This document shows, in pieces, positions 9,951-19,220 of a stretch of DNA of 32,000 bases. The translations under genes and the position numbers were made by a program. Source of the DNA: Prochlorococcus marinus str. NATL2A (GTDB taxonomy: Bacteria; Cyanobacteriota; Cyanobacteriia; PCC-6307; Cyanobiaceae); assembly GCF_000012465.1 (NCBI RefSeq), contig NC_007335.2:720001-752000 (forward strand), in the 5' to 3' direction. Each line of letters starts with the position of its first letter. Within the stretch, counting starts at the first letter, position 1. Below the pieces are notes generated by a model. It was not told the origin of the DNA and did no database searches. It saw only the letters and a program-made list of their open reading frames with translations.

Positions 9951-11276
9951 ATGCATATTGCTGTCGTCGGTCTTAGCCATCGCACGGCCCCTGTCGAAGT
10001 GCGTGAAAAGCTAAGTATCCCAGAAGAACTGGTTGAGAAATCGTTTAATAATTTAAAGAAAATTGATCAAATATTAGAAGTTTCCATATTGAGCACCTGT
10101 AACAGACTTGAAATTTATAGCTTAGTTAAGGACCCGCAATTAGGAATAGAAGCAATTAAATCTTTTCTTCTTCAATTCTCGGGCCTTGATGATGAGATTC
10201 TTTCACCTCACTTATTTAATTATGTCCAAGAGAAAGCAGTCTCTCATGTGATGAGGGTTTCTGCGGGTTTGGATAGTTTGGTTTTAGGAGAGGGTCAGAT
10301 CCTTTCTCAAGTAAAAAAAATGGTACGTCTTGGCCAAGATCATCACAGTCTAGGACCTATCTTGAATAGACTGTTAACTCAGGCCGTTAGTACAGGCAAG
10401 CGCGTAAGAAGCGAGACAAATCTTGGAACGGGAGCAGTTTCTATAAGTTCTGCAGCCGTAGAACTAGCTCAATTGAAACTTGGCCAAGCGCATGGAAGAG
10501 ATCAATTGATGACTTTAGAAACTGAAAAGGTCGCTGTTGTTGGCGCTGGTCGAATGAGCCGTTTGTTGCTTCAGCATCTTCAATCAAAAGGATGCTGTTC
10601 ACTTACGCTTTTAAATAGAACAAAAAAAAGGGCTGAGGACCTTTCAGCAGCGTTTCCCGATATTCAAATTGATTGTCAATTAATAGATGAACTTGATAGT
10701 TGTCTCTCTCTTAGTACTCTTGTGTTTACGAGCACAGCTGCTAATGAGCCAATTATTGATGCCGAAAAATTGATAAAGATCGATAGAAAGCCTTTACTAA
10801 GACTTATTGATATTGGAGTTCCGAGGAATATTTCTTCTGATGCAAAATCAGTTTCAGGAATTGAATCTCATGATGTTGATGATCTTCAAGAAGTTGTTTC
10901 AAGAAATCAAGAGGCAAGACAAAAGCTTGCCCTAGAAGCAGAAGGATTGATAGAGGAAGAATGTCGTGTTTTTCTAGAATGGTGGGATAGCTTAGCGGCT
11001 GTTCCGACAATTAATTGCCTTAGATCTGGTTTGGAGTCAATCAGAAAAGAAGAACTTCAGAAGGCATTAAGCAGAATGGGACCTGACTTCTCCGCTAGAG
11101 AACGAAAAGTTGTGGAGGCATTAAGCAAGGGAATCATTAACAAAATACTTCATACTCCAGTAACAAAATTAAGAGCGCCTCAATCTAGGAATGATCGTAG
11201 AGATTCTCTTGATGTGATTGAAAAACTTTTTAATCTTGATGTGTCTAGTTCTTTAAACAAGCCCAAAAACAACTGA
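9951..11276 (+). CDS. hemA: Glutamyl-tRNA reductase
   Basis: N-terminus VVGLSHRTAPVEVREK, catalytic Cys context STCNRLEIY, NADPH site GAGRM. Confidence 0.95.
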   Translation: MHIAVVGLSHRTAPVEVREKLSIPEELVEKSFNNLKKIDQILEVSILSTCNRLEIYSLVKDPQLGIEAIKSFLLQFSGLDDEILSPHLFNYVQEKAVSHVMRVSAGLDSLVLGEGQILSQVKKMVRLGQDHHSLGPILNRLLTQAVSTGKRVRSETNLGTGAVSISSAAVELAQLKLGQAHGRDQLMTLETEKVAVVGAGRMSRLLLQHLQSKGCCSLTLLNRTKKRAEDLSAAFPDIQIDCQLIDELDSCLSLSTLVFTSTAANEPIIDAEKLIKIDRKPLLRLIDIGVPRNISSDAKSVSGIESHDVDDLQEVVSRNQEARQKLALEAEGLIEEECRVFLEWWDSLAAVPTINCLRSGLESIRKEELQKALSRMGPDFSARERKVVEALSKGIINKILHTPVTKLRAPQSRNDRRDSLDVIEKLFNLDVSSSLNKPKNN

Positions 11277-11381
11277 TTTTGCTATTTACTTTTGAAATTC
11301 TTACTACTTATCACTTTTTGCTGGATTAATGAGCACTCTATCCAGTAGGTTTGCTCCGAATAGCCGATTAATAGTGCCTTC

Positions 11382-12677
11382 ATGAAGAGAGTACTTGCCA
11401 TCATTCTTGGCGGTGGAAAAGGATCACGCCTATATCCATTAACAAAAATGAGAGCAAAACCCGCCGTTCCATTAGCGGGAAAATATCGACTAATAGATAT
11501 TCCTATAAGTAATTGCATAAATTCGGACATCAGTAAAATGTATGTTCTTACGCAATTCAATAGCGCTTCTCTTAACAGGCATATTGCACAGACTTACAAT
11601 TTGAGCGGACCTTTTGGCCAGGGGTTCGTTGAGGTTTTAGCTGCTCAGCAAACACCTGAAACCCCCTCTTGGTTTGAGGGTACTGCTGATGCGGTAAGAA
11701 AATATCAATGGCTTTTTCAAGAGTGGGATGTTGATGAATATTTGATTCTCTCTGGAGATCAGCTTTATAGAATGGATTACAGCTTATTTGTTGAACAGCA
11801 TAGAAATACAGGAGCTGATTTAACGGTTGCAGCTTTGCCAGTTGACCCAGCGCAAGCGGAAGCATTTGGTTTAATGCGTACTGATGAAATAGGCAATATT
11901 AAAGAATTTCGTGAAAAACCTACTGGTGATTCATTGAAAGCAATGGCTGTAGATACATCAAGGTTTGGATTGGAAGCAAATGAGGCAAAAGAAAAACCTT
12001 ATTTAGCTTCTATGGGAATATATGTTTTTAGTCGTTCCACTCTTTTTGACTTATTAAATAAATTTCCTTCTTATACAGATTTTGGAAAAGAAATTATTCC
12101 GGAGGCTTTAGGTAGAGGTGACAAACTTAAAAGTTATGTTTTTAATGACTATTGGGAGGATATCGGAACTATTGGTGCATTCTTTGAATCAAATTTAGCC
12201 TTAACTCAGCAACCCACCCCTCCATTTAGTTTTTATGATGAGAAGTTCCCTATTTATACTAGGCCTAGATATTTGCCACCTTCTAAAATTGTAGATACAC
12301 AAATAACTGATTCAATAGTTTCCGAGGGATCAATTCTTAAATCATGCAGTATTCATCATTGTGTGTTGGGAGTTAGGAGTCGGATTGAAAGCGACGTTGT
12401 TCTAAATGAGACCCTAGTTATGGGATCTGATTTTTACGAATCTTATGAAGAGAGAATAGCGCTAAGAAATGGCGGTGGTATCCCCTTGGGAGTGGGACAG
12501 GGCACAACTGTTAAAAGAGCCATTCTCGATAAAAATGCTCGCATTGGTGACAATGTGACGATAGTCAACAAAGACAATGTGGAAGAAGCTGATCGCGCAG
12601 ATCAAGGTTTTTATATTCGTAATGGAATAGTTGTTATCGTTAAAAACGCCACAATTCCAGATGGAACTATTATTTGA
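11382..12677 (+). CDS. glgC: Glucose-1-phosphate adenylyltransferase
   Basis: 431 aa. [22 protein letters not shown] and a C-terminal left-handed beta-helix region. Confidence 0.95.
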   Translation: MKRVLAIILGGGKGSRLYPLTKMRAKPAVPLAGKYRLIDIPISNCINSDISKMYVLTQFNSASLNRHIAQTYNLSGPFGQGFVEVLAAQQTPETPSWFEGTADAVRKYQWLFQEWDVDEYLILSGDQLYRMDYSLFVEQHRNTGADLTVAALPVDPAQAEAFGLMRTDEIGNIKEFREKPTGDSLKAMAVDTSRFGLEANEAKEKPYLASMGIYVFSRSTLFDLLNKFPSYTDFGKEIIPEALGRGDKLKSYVFNDYWEDIGTIGAFFESNLALTQQPTPPFSFYDEKFPIYTRPRYLPPSKIVDTQITDSIVSEGSILKSCSIHHCVLGVRSRIESDVVLNETLVMGSDFYESYEERIALRNGGGIPLGVGQGTTVKRAILDKNARIGDNVTIVNKDNVEEADRADQGFYIRNGIVVIVKNATIPDGTII

Positions 12678-12835
12678 TTTTATTTAATGTCTTAGAAATT
12701 TAATAAGCCTGGTTTTTAAGCTTTTATTATAAAATATTTTTCAAAGAATTCTTCATTCCTGACATTGAGCTCTTTAATGCAGCGAAATGAATCCATTGTC
12801 GTCACACTAATTCAAGTAGAAATTTATTAACTTAA

Positions 12836-14254
12836 ATGACCAAGGCACATTTTGGATTAGTCGGTCTTGGAGTAATGGGGGAGAACCTTGTACTTAATGC
12901 AGAGCGAAATGGTTTTTCTAGTGTGGTCTATAACCGTACTTATCAAAAAACAGAAGACTTTCTTTTAGGTAGAGGTGTAAATAAATCAATTCAAGGAGCG
13001 AAGGATCTTCAAGAATTTGTATCAAAGCTGGAACGTCCAAGAAGAGTATTAATGATGGTTAAAGCGGGAGCTGCTACTGATGCTGTTATTAATCAAATTT
13101 CACCTTTCCTCGAGGAGGGGGACTTGCTCATAGATGGTGGAAATGCCCAATTTATGGATACAGAAAGAAGAGTAAAAGAACTTGAGAGCAAGAGTTTTGG
13201 ATACATCGGGATGGGAGTATCAGGTGGTGCGAAGGGTGCACTGGAAGGACCTAGCATGATGCCTGGTGGCACAAAGACTTCCTACGACGCGATAGAGAGT
13301 TTGTTAAACAAAATGGCTGCTCAGGTTGAAGATGGACCTTGTGTGACTTATATCGGCCCAGGGGGGTCAGGCCATTTTGTTAAGACCGTACACAATGGGA
13401 TTGAATATGGTATCGAGCAGATTTTGGCTGAGGCATATGACTTAATGAAGAGAGTTTGTGGAATGAGTGGTGATGAGATGGCATCTGTTATGGGCTATTG
13501 GAATAAGACCGAAGAACTTTCCTCCTATCTCGTTGAAATTACAGAGGCTTGTTTACGTGTTAAGGATCCTGATGATAGTTCTGATCTGGTTGAAAAGATA
13601 ATGGATAAAGCGGGTCAAAAAGGTACTGGATTATGGACAGTCGTTAGTGCATTAGAGCTTGGAGCTTCTGTTCCCACTATTTATGCCTCTTTAAATGGAA
13701 GGGTTATGAGTTCAATGAAAGATCAACGTAATTATGCAGAAACAATATTGAATGGGAACAAACCTTCTTTTGTTGATTTTGGAAAGCCTTCAGATGGTAT
13801 GCCTCTCCTTATGGATGCCGTTGTATTGGCTACGATAGCTAGCTATGCCCAAGGTATGGATATTTTACGACTCGCTTCTGAAGAATATGATTACGATCTT
13901 GATATGCCCTCCATCGCTCAAATATGGAAAGGTGGTTGCATAATAAGGTCTACCCTTTTGAGTCGTATACAAGATGCATTTAAGAAAGATCCGAGTCTGA
14001 CCAATCTAATTATTGATAAATGGTTTACCGATCAGGTAAACAATCGTCTCTCGGGCCTGACACAGGTCGTTTCTGCTGCTGCTAATGCTGGAATTCCAGT
14101 CCCATGCTTAAGTAGTACTCTAGATTATCTAAATAGCTTCAGAACATCTAGACTTCCTCAAAACCTAGTTCAAGCAATGAGAGACTGTTTTGGCTCTCAT
14201 ACATATGAGCGCGTAGACAAGGCTGGATCATTTCATACTGAGTGGATTGACTGA
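12836..14254 (+). CDS. gnd: 6-phosphogluconate dehydrogenase (decarboxylating)
   Basis: 472 aa. GLGVMGENL Rossmann motif and GSGHFVKTVHNGIEYG signature. Confidence 0.95.
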   Translation: MTKAHFGLVGLGVMGENLVLNAERNGFSSVVYNRTYQKTEDFLLGRGVNKSIQGAKDLQEFVSKLERPRRVLMMVKAGAATDAVINQISPFLEEGDLLIDGGNAQFMDTERRVKELESKSFGYIGMGVSGGAKGALEGPSMMPGGTKTSYDAIESLLNKMAAQVEDGPCVTYIGPGGSGHFVKTVHNGIEYGIEQILAEAYDLMKRVCGMSGDEMASVMGYWNKTEELSSYLVEITEACLRVKDPDDSSDLVEKIMDKAGQKGTGLWTVVSALELGASVPTIYASLNGRVMSSMKDQRNYAETILNGNKPSFVDFGKPSDGMPLLMDAVVLATIASYAQGMDILRLASEEYDYDLDMPSIAQIWKGGCIIRSTLLSRIQDAFKKDPSLTNLIIDKWFTDQVNNRLSGLTQVVSAAANAGIPVPCLSSTLDYLNSFRTSRLPQNLVQAMRDCFGSHTYERVDKAGSFHTEWID

Positions 14255-14259
14255 TATCA

Positions 14260-14976
14260 ATGACTAAATATGAAATTCAAGTTTTAGAAGACAAAAGCTC
14301 TCTCGCTCTTGCCGCCTCTGATTTGATAACTCAGATCATTGAGTCAACCTTGAAAAATAAAACCAGAGCGAAAATTGCTCTTTGTGGTGGTTCTACCCCT
14401 AAGGCTGCTTATTCTTTGTTAGGTAAAAAAAATATCGATTGGATGAACGTTGATTTGTTTCTTGGAGATGAAAGATGGGTTGACAATAAATCACAAGACA
14501 GTAATTGCTTTCTATTAAATAATTCGTTGTTTAAAGAAGGGAACCCATCTCTAGAAGCATCATTTTTTGCTGTTTCAACTGTTGAGTTATCATCCCCAGA
14601 CGAAAGTGCTGACAATTACGAAACAATCTTGAAAAATAACTTGGCTGGGGATCCACCAAAATTTGATTTGATTTTATTGGGATTGGGAGATGACGGGCAT
14701 ACAGCCTCCCTCTTCCCTGGCTCTGATGCATTATTTGAAAGAGATAGATTAATAACTGCTGGCGAAGGTAAAGGTCACAAAAGAATTACTTTTACAAGTA
14801 AATTATTAAGTGCTGCAGATAATGTGGTCTTCCTAATCAGTGGATCTTCCAAACAAATGGCTCTTAAACATCTACTTGATCCATCAGAATCATGGGAGCG
14901 AACTCCTGCAAAATTAGTTGCACCAAATTCTGAAATTATTGTCTTGGCTGATAAAGATGCTTACCCATCTTTCTAG
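14260..14976 (+). CDS. pgl: 6-phosphogluconolactonase
   Basis: 238 aa. ALCGGSTP and GLGDDGHTASLFPG motifs of the Pgl/DevB family. Starts 5 nt after gnd. Confidence 0.85.
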   Translation: MTKYEIQVLEDKSSLALAASDLITQIIESTLKNKTRAKIALCGGSTPKAAYSLLGKKNIDWMNVDLFLGDERWVDNKSQDSNCFLLNNSLFKEGNPSLEASFFAVSTVELSSPDESADNYETILKNNLAGDPPKFDLILLGLGDDGHTASLFPGSDALFERDRLITAGEGKGHKRITFTSKLLSAADNVVFLISGSSKQMALKHLLDPSESWERTPAKLVAPNSEIIVLADKDAYPSF

Positions 14977-15005
14977 TTAGATTATTGTATTAATAGAGAA
15001 GTACT

Positions 15006-15587
15006 TTGTTATTGAGTCCTGATTCACCCCCGACTGAAATTGCAATAACTCCTCTTATACAGGGTTCTGAATTTTCAGATTGGAAATCTCTGAATGACAC
15101 AATTATGGGCGGGTCAAGTCGTGCAAGTTGTCGTTCTTCGGATAAAGGTTTATTTCTTGAGGGTAACCTAGTTGAAGAAGGTGGAGGCTTTGTTAGTTGC
15201 CGATCTCCGATTTTTGATAAACCATTTAATCTATCTAAATATTCTGGATTAATTATTGATGTTGAAGGAGAAGGGAGAACAATGAAATTTGCGATCGCTT
15301 GTGAAAAGAAACCCTTATCATTATCAAATCTTTTAAAAGGTGATATCCGCTGGGTTGTCTCAATACCTACAAATAAGAAAGGAGTTAGTAGGATCAAAGT
15401 ACCTTTCAAAAATTTGGAACCTGCTCGAAGAGCAAAGCCTGTTCGACTACCTCTTAGATTTGATCCTACTTGTGTCAATAGATTTCAATTGCTTTATTCG
15501 AAATTCGGACAACCCGGCAAAATAAATTCAGGTTTTTCCCCTGGCCCTATTAAAGTGTTAATTAAGTCAATAAGTGCATACCTCTGA
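15006..15587 (+). CDS. CIA30-domain (complex I intermediate-associated protein 30-like) protein
   Basis: WKSLNDTIMGGSS....GGGFVSCRS matches the CIA30 signature. The first Met lies inside the motif, so a TTG start (15006 or 15012) is required. Confidence 0.6.
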   Translation: MLLSPDSPPTEIAITPLIQGSEFSDWKSLNDTIMGGSSRASCRSSDKGLFLEGNLVEEGGGFVSCRSPIFDKPFNLSKYSGLIIDVEGEGRTMKFAIACEKKPLSLSNLLKGDIRWVVSIPTNKKGVSRIKVPFKNLEPARRAKPVRLPLRFDPTCVNRFQLLYSKFGQPGKINSGFSPGPIKVLIKSISAYL

Positions 15588-15969
15588 CTCAAAAGACAGC
15601 TTGATAGCTGAAGTAGCCAAGGCTGCGGATCTTTCTATGAAGCCCTATGTACATTCTGTCTTTTTAGAAAATCAATTATTTGATAATAATGATTTTGATG
15701 ACTTGGTTTTTAAAATTCAATGTAGAAATATAGACGGAGAAAGAGAAGAGTCTATGGATATTGAACTTGAAGTATATAAAAGTGGAAATGAGATAAATAT
15801 GACTATCTCTTGGAAATCTTTAATTGATAATCCAATATTGTGGCAAGGGAAGCATGCTGTTTGGATGGATAGCTCTTCGGGTGTGAAATGCGAAAAACCT
15901 CCATATGGAAATGATTTTGAGTCCCTTGCAAGAAGACTAAGGACGTTTTTTAAGACTTCATTGTCCTGA
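15574..15969 (+). CDS. Hypothetical acidic protein
   Basis: 131-aa ORF in coding-like sequence. Overlaps the previous gene by 14 nt. No recognisable motifs. The start could instead be the next in-frame ATG, roughly 60 nt downstream. Confidence 0.45.
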   Translation: MHTSDSKDSLIAEVAKAADLSMKPYVHSVFLENQLFDNNDFDDLVFKIQCRNIDGEREESMDIELEVYKSGNEINMTISWKSLIDNPILWQGKHAVWMDSSSGVKCEKPPYGNDFESLARRLRTFFKTSLS

Positions 15970-15970
15970 G

Positions 15971-17641
15971 TTATATTTGATCAGTTGTCGCTCCTTGGCT
16001 TGATGAACTTACTAATCTGGAATACTTCCCAAGAATGCCTGTCTTATATCTAGGCTTTGGCTTCTCCCATTTCTGTTTTCTTCTAGCTAGTTCTCGCTCT
16101 TCGACATTTAATTGAATTAACAATTTATTAGCGTCAACGGTAATACTGTCTCCTTCCTCTACTAATCCAATTGTTCCTCCGACGGCTGCTTCTGGAGCAA
16201 CGTGGCCAACCACTAATCCATATGATCCTCCACTAAATCGACCATCAGTAATTAGTGCAACTTTCTCTCCTAAACCTTGACCTACAATCGCTGAGGTTGG
16301 AGAGAGCATCTCCCTCATCCCAGGCCCTCCTACAGGTCCTTCATACCTAACGACGACTACATCTCCAGCTTTTACTTTATTGTCAAGAATGGCAGTTAAG
16401 CATTCTTCTTCACTCTCAAAGACCCTTGCAGGCCCGGTTAAAACGGGAGTCTTTACACCACTAATTTTTGCGACACTTCCTTCACTTGCTAAATTTCCTT
16501 TGAGAATAGCAAGATGTCCTTTTTTATAAATAGGGTTTGATATTTGTCTTATAACGTCTTGATTTTCTTTGGGCTTTGAGGGGATATCTCTAAGAACTTC
16601 TTTAATTGTTTTTCCTTCAATGGTTTTGCATTCTCCATGTAGCATTCCTGCATCGAGGAGTAATTTCATTACTTGAGGAATCCCACCAGCTTTATGTAGG
16701 TCGACTGTTACGTATTTACCGCTTGGTTTGAGGTCGCAAATCACAGGAACAGTCTGCCTTATACGTTCAAAGTCATCGATCGTTAAATCAACTCCTGCAG
16801 TCCTAGCTATAGCAAGTAGGTGAAGGACAGAATTTGTTGAGCCGCCTACAGCCATGATGACACTGATTGCATTCTCAAAGGCTTCTTTCGTAAGTAAATC
16901 TAATGGCCTGATGTTATTCTTTACTGCATTTACAAGGACCTGAGCACTTTCAGCAGCGCTTTCTGCTTTTTCATCATCTACTGCAGCCATTGTTGAACTA
17001 AATGGCAAACTAAAACCCATCGTTTCTATTGCCGCAGACATGGTATTAGCAGTAAACATCCCTCCGCAACTGCCTGGTCCAGGGATAGCATTTTTTTCTA
17101 CAGCTATTAAACGATCTTTGTCGATTTTTCCGCTTGCTAATTGACCGACAGCCTCAAATGAACTCACCACGGTCAAGTCGCAACCGTCTAATTTCCCAGG
17201 TTTAATTGTCCCCCCATAAACAAAAATCGAAGGTATGTTCATTCTTGCCATTGATAACATTGCTCCTGGCATATTTTTATCGCATCCACCTATCGCTAAC
17301 ACCCCATCCATGCTTTGAGCATTGCAAGCCGTCTCGATTGAATCTGCAATAACTTCTCTTGAAACTAATGAGTATTTCATCCCTTCCGTTCCCATGGAAA
17401 TGCCGTCACTAACAGTTATGGTTCCGAAAGTTTGAGGCATTGCACCAGCCTCTTTTAACGCTGACTCTGCTCTATTAGCTAAATCCATTAATCCCATATT
17501 GCATGGGGTTATTGTGCTGTGCCCATTAGCTATTCCAATGATTGGCTTGTTAAAATCATTATCATCAAACCCAACAGCTCTAAGCATTGCTCGGTTTGGT
17601 GATCGTTGAATACCCTGTGTTATTGCATTTGATCTAAGCAT
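15971..17641 (-). CDS. ilvD: Dihydroxy-acid dehydratase
   Basis: 556 aa. CDKNMPG and GGPGMREML motifs. Full-length IlvD similarity. Confidence 0.95.
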   Translation of the reverse strand: MLRSNAITQGIQRSPNRAMLRAVGFDDNDFNKPIIGIANGHSTITPCNMGLMDLANRAESALKEAGAMPQTFGTITVSDGISMGTEGMKYSLVSREVIADSIETACNAQSMDGVLAIGGCDKNMPGAMLSMARMNIPSIFVYGGTIKPGKLDGCDLTVVSSFEAVGQLASGKIDKDRLIAVEKNAIPGPGSCGGMFTANTMSAAIETMGFSLPFSSTMAAVDDEKAESAAESAQVLVNAVKNNIRPLDLLTKEAFENAISVIMAVGGSTNSVLHLLAIARTAGVDLTIDDFERIRQTVPVICDLKPSGKYVTVDLHKAGGIPQVMKLLLDAGMLHGECKTIEGKTIKEVLRDIPSKPKENQDVIRQISNPIYKKGHLAILKGNLASEGSVAKISGVKTPVLTGPARVFESEEECLTAILDNKVKAGDVVVVRYEGPVGGPGMREMLSPTSAIVGQGLGEKVALITDGRFSGGSYGLVVGHVAPEAAVGGTIGLVEEGDSITVDANKLLIQLNVEERELARRKQKWEKPKPRYKTGILGKYSRLVSSSSQGATTDQI

Positions 17642-17674
17642 TTGATTTCTATTTAATTGTTTAGAAAATTAGTA

Positions 17675-17974
17675 TCAATTGGAAGATCCTAGGTCTTCTA
17701 ATTGTTTGCGAACGTCTGCTATGGCCGAATTTAGCTGTTCAACACGTTGCTCTAAGTGCTCATTGCTTTGATTCCCTAGCGAATCAGATGCTAATTCAGT
17801 TGCCTCAGAGCCATCTTGAATTCTAGGTGCATAGAGCATTGCCTTTTGCTTTCTAGTCTCTTGCCTTTTTTCGGCTTCTGAAAGTAACCACCAAGCTAAA
17901 CCTGCAGCTCCAAGTACGGCACCACTAATTAATGATGCCAAACTTCCTGAATTTGAATCTCGGTATTGGCTCAT
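17675..17974 (-). CDS. Small membrane-anchored coiled-coil protein, unknown function
   Basis: 99 aa. One Gly/Ala-rich TM (ISGAVLGAAGLAWWLL) followed by a charged helical tail. Confidence 0.5.
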   Translation of the reverse strand: MSQYRDSNSGSLASLISGAVLGAAGLAWWLLSEAEKRQETRKQKAMLYAPRIQDGSEATELASDSLGNQSNEHLEQRVEQLNSAIADVRKQLEDLGSSN

Positions 17975-17998
17975 AACTTTTAATAACTTCGTTAAATG

Positions 17999-18616
17999 CT
18001 AGTGCGATGAGGTGACTCTGGTTTTGATACGTAATGATGGATCACCAATTCCAGGCGATAATTCACTTTCTGATATTAATTCAGGATCTATACAAGCACA
18101 ATAAATATTCAAATCTTGAATATATTCTCCTATTTCTTTAAGTCCTTGATTAGCGGCTAATGCTGTGATTACCCTTATCCTTCTTGAATCAATTTCTTTA
18201 TCTTTTAAATAATTTAAATCTTTTAAAAGATTTTTACCTGTTGTTATTTGGTCGATGTAAAAAATAATTCCAGCATTTTCTTCAATTTCTTTAGGTGGAC
18301 CTCCGATACACAAATTTGAATTTGGAATTAAATTTCTCGCACCTCTATAGAGGTCAAGCCCAGCGGGTAAATAAGGAATTGCTAAAATAGGTATATCGGG
18401 ATCAATAATTGAGCATTCAGTTGTTCCAGTTGAAGTTGTAATCTGCTCTTTTTTACTTGGGATCCAATCTCTAAGCGCTTCATAAGTGAGCCAGGTGCCA
18501 AGTTGCTCTAGGCCAGTTGCATAAAGGATTTCTGGGGTAGTAGGGTTCCTTAAAATAGTTAACCAATGTGATATGAGTGGGTGTGGAGGAACTATTACTC
18601 TTAAGCTCATTGACAT
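17999..18616 (-). CDS. upp: Uracil phosphoribosyltransferase homologue with degenerate active-site motifs
   Basis: Collinear with Upp: HPLISHWL, LTYEA, PGIGD. The PRPP loop DPMLATGGS is replaced by DQITTGKN, and the RAGLG Arg by Pro (LPAGLD). Confidence 0.65.
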   Translation of the reverse strand: MSMSLRVIVPPHPLISHWLTILRNPTTPEILYATGLEQLGTWLTYEALRDWIPSKKEQITTSTGTTECSIIDPDIPILAIPYLPAGLDLYRGARNLIPNSNLCIGGPPKEIEENAGIIFYIDQITTGKNLLKDLNYLKDKEIDSRRIRVITALAANQGLKEIGEYIQDLNIYCACIDPELISESELSPGIGDPSLRIKTRVTSSH

Positions 18617-18687
18617 GATTCATTCTTGGCCTTATGTGCCATAACGTGAATAAGTAAATTACCTGTTAAAAGTCCTTTTAAGCTCCT

Positions 18688-19200
18688 ATGAACAAAAAAA
18701 CTTCTTTCATCTCGGATTTTAAAGCAATTATTTTTGCTGTATTACTTATAGTTGTTTTGGTACTCCCTGCTAAAAGTGTTTTCGCTAGGACGCCTGCTGA
18801 GATTCGCAATCTAGAAGAACTCAATATTTCCCAAGATATGTCTAGCCAAGATTTAAGTGGAAATGATTTCGTAAAATTAGATCTGAAGGGAATAAATTTT
18901 AGTGAATCAAACCTTACAGGAGCAGTTTTTAATAACAGTAAATTGAATGGAGCAGATTTGCATGGTGCTCAGCTAAATGACGCATTGGCATATGCAAGCG
19001 ATTTTGAAGGAGCTGATTTAAGGGATGTCGACTTCAATGGTGCATTATTGATGGAAAGTAACTTCACAGATGCTCTTATTGAAGGAGCCGATTTTACAGA
19101 TGCGGTGATAAGTCGAATACAACAAAAAGAACTATGTAACATGGCTTCTGGAACAAATTCAAAGACTGATGAGGATACCAGTTACAGCCTTGGATGCTGA
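18688..19200 (+). CDS. Secreted/lumenal pentapeptide-repeat protein
   Basis: N-terminal signal peptide followed by tandem A(D/N)LxG-type pentapeptide repeats (GADLHGAQLNDA, GADLRDVDFNGA). Confidence 0.85.
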   Translation: MNKKTSFISDFKAIIFAVLLIVVLVLPAKSVFARTPAEIRNLEELNISQDMSSQDLSGNDFVKLDLKGINFSESNLTGAVFNNSKLNGADLHGAQLNDALAYASDFEGADLRDVDFNGALLMESNFTDALIEGADFTDAVISRIQQKELCNMASGTNSKTDEDTSYSLGC

Positions 19201-19220
19201 GTTATTAAACAAAAATAAAA

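Noticed and set aside
11282-11865. Minus-strand ORFs 11282..11560 and 11572..11865.
   Set aside because: They lie antisense to the 5' part of glgC and have no supporting motifs.
12777-12830. 17-codon uORF (MQRNESIVVTLIQVEIY) ending 5 nt before the gnd start codon.
   Set aside because: It is short, in AT-rich spacer where such ORFs arise by chance, and has no leader-peptide logic such as runs of regulatory codons. It would only be worth revisiting if conserved in relatives.
15291-15298. A single HIP1 octamer (GCGATCGC), the highly iterated palindrome of many cyanobacteria.
   Set aside because: There is only one copy in 32 kb and it lies inside a coding region. That gives no evidence of HIP1 enrichment, so the isolated occurrence carries no functional weight.
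14990-15478. 162-aa minus-strand ORF opposite the CIA30-domain gene.
   Set aside because: The plus-strand frame carries a recognisable CIA30 signature. The minus-strand product has no motifs and an Arg/Ser/Pro-rich shadow composition. I treat it as spurious, though it is the longest antisense ORF in the window.
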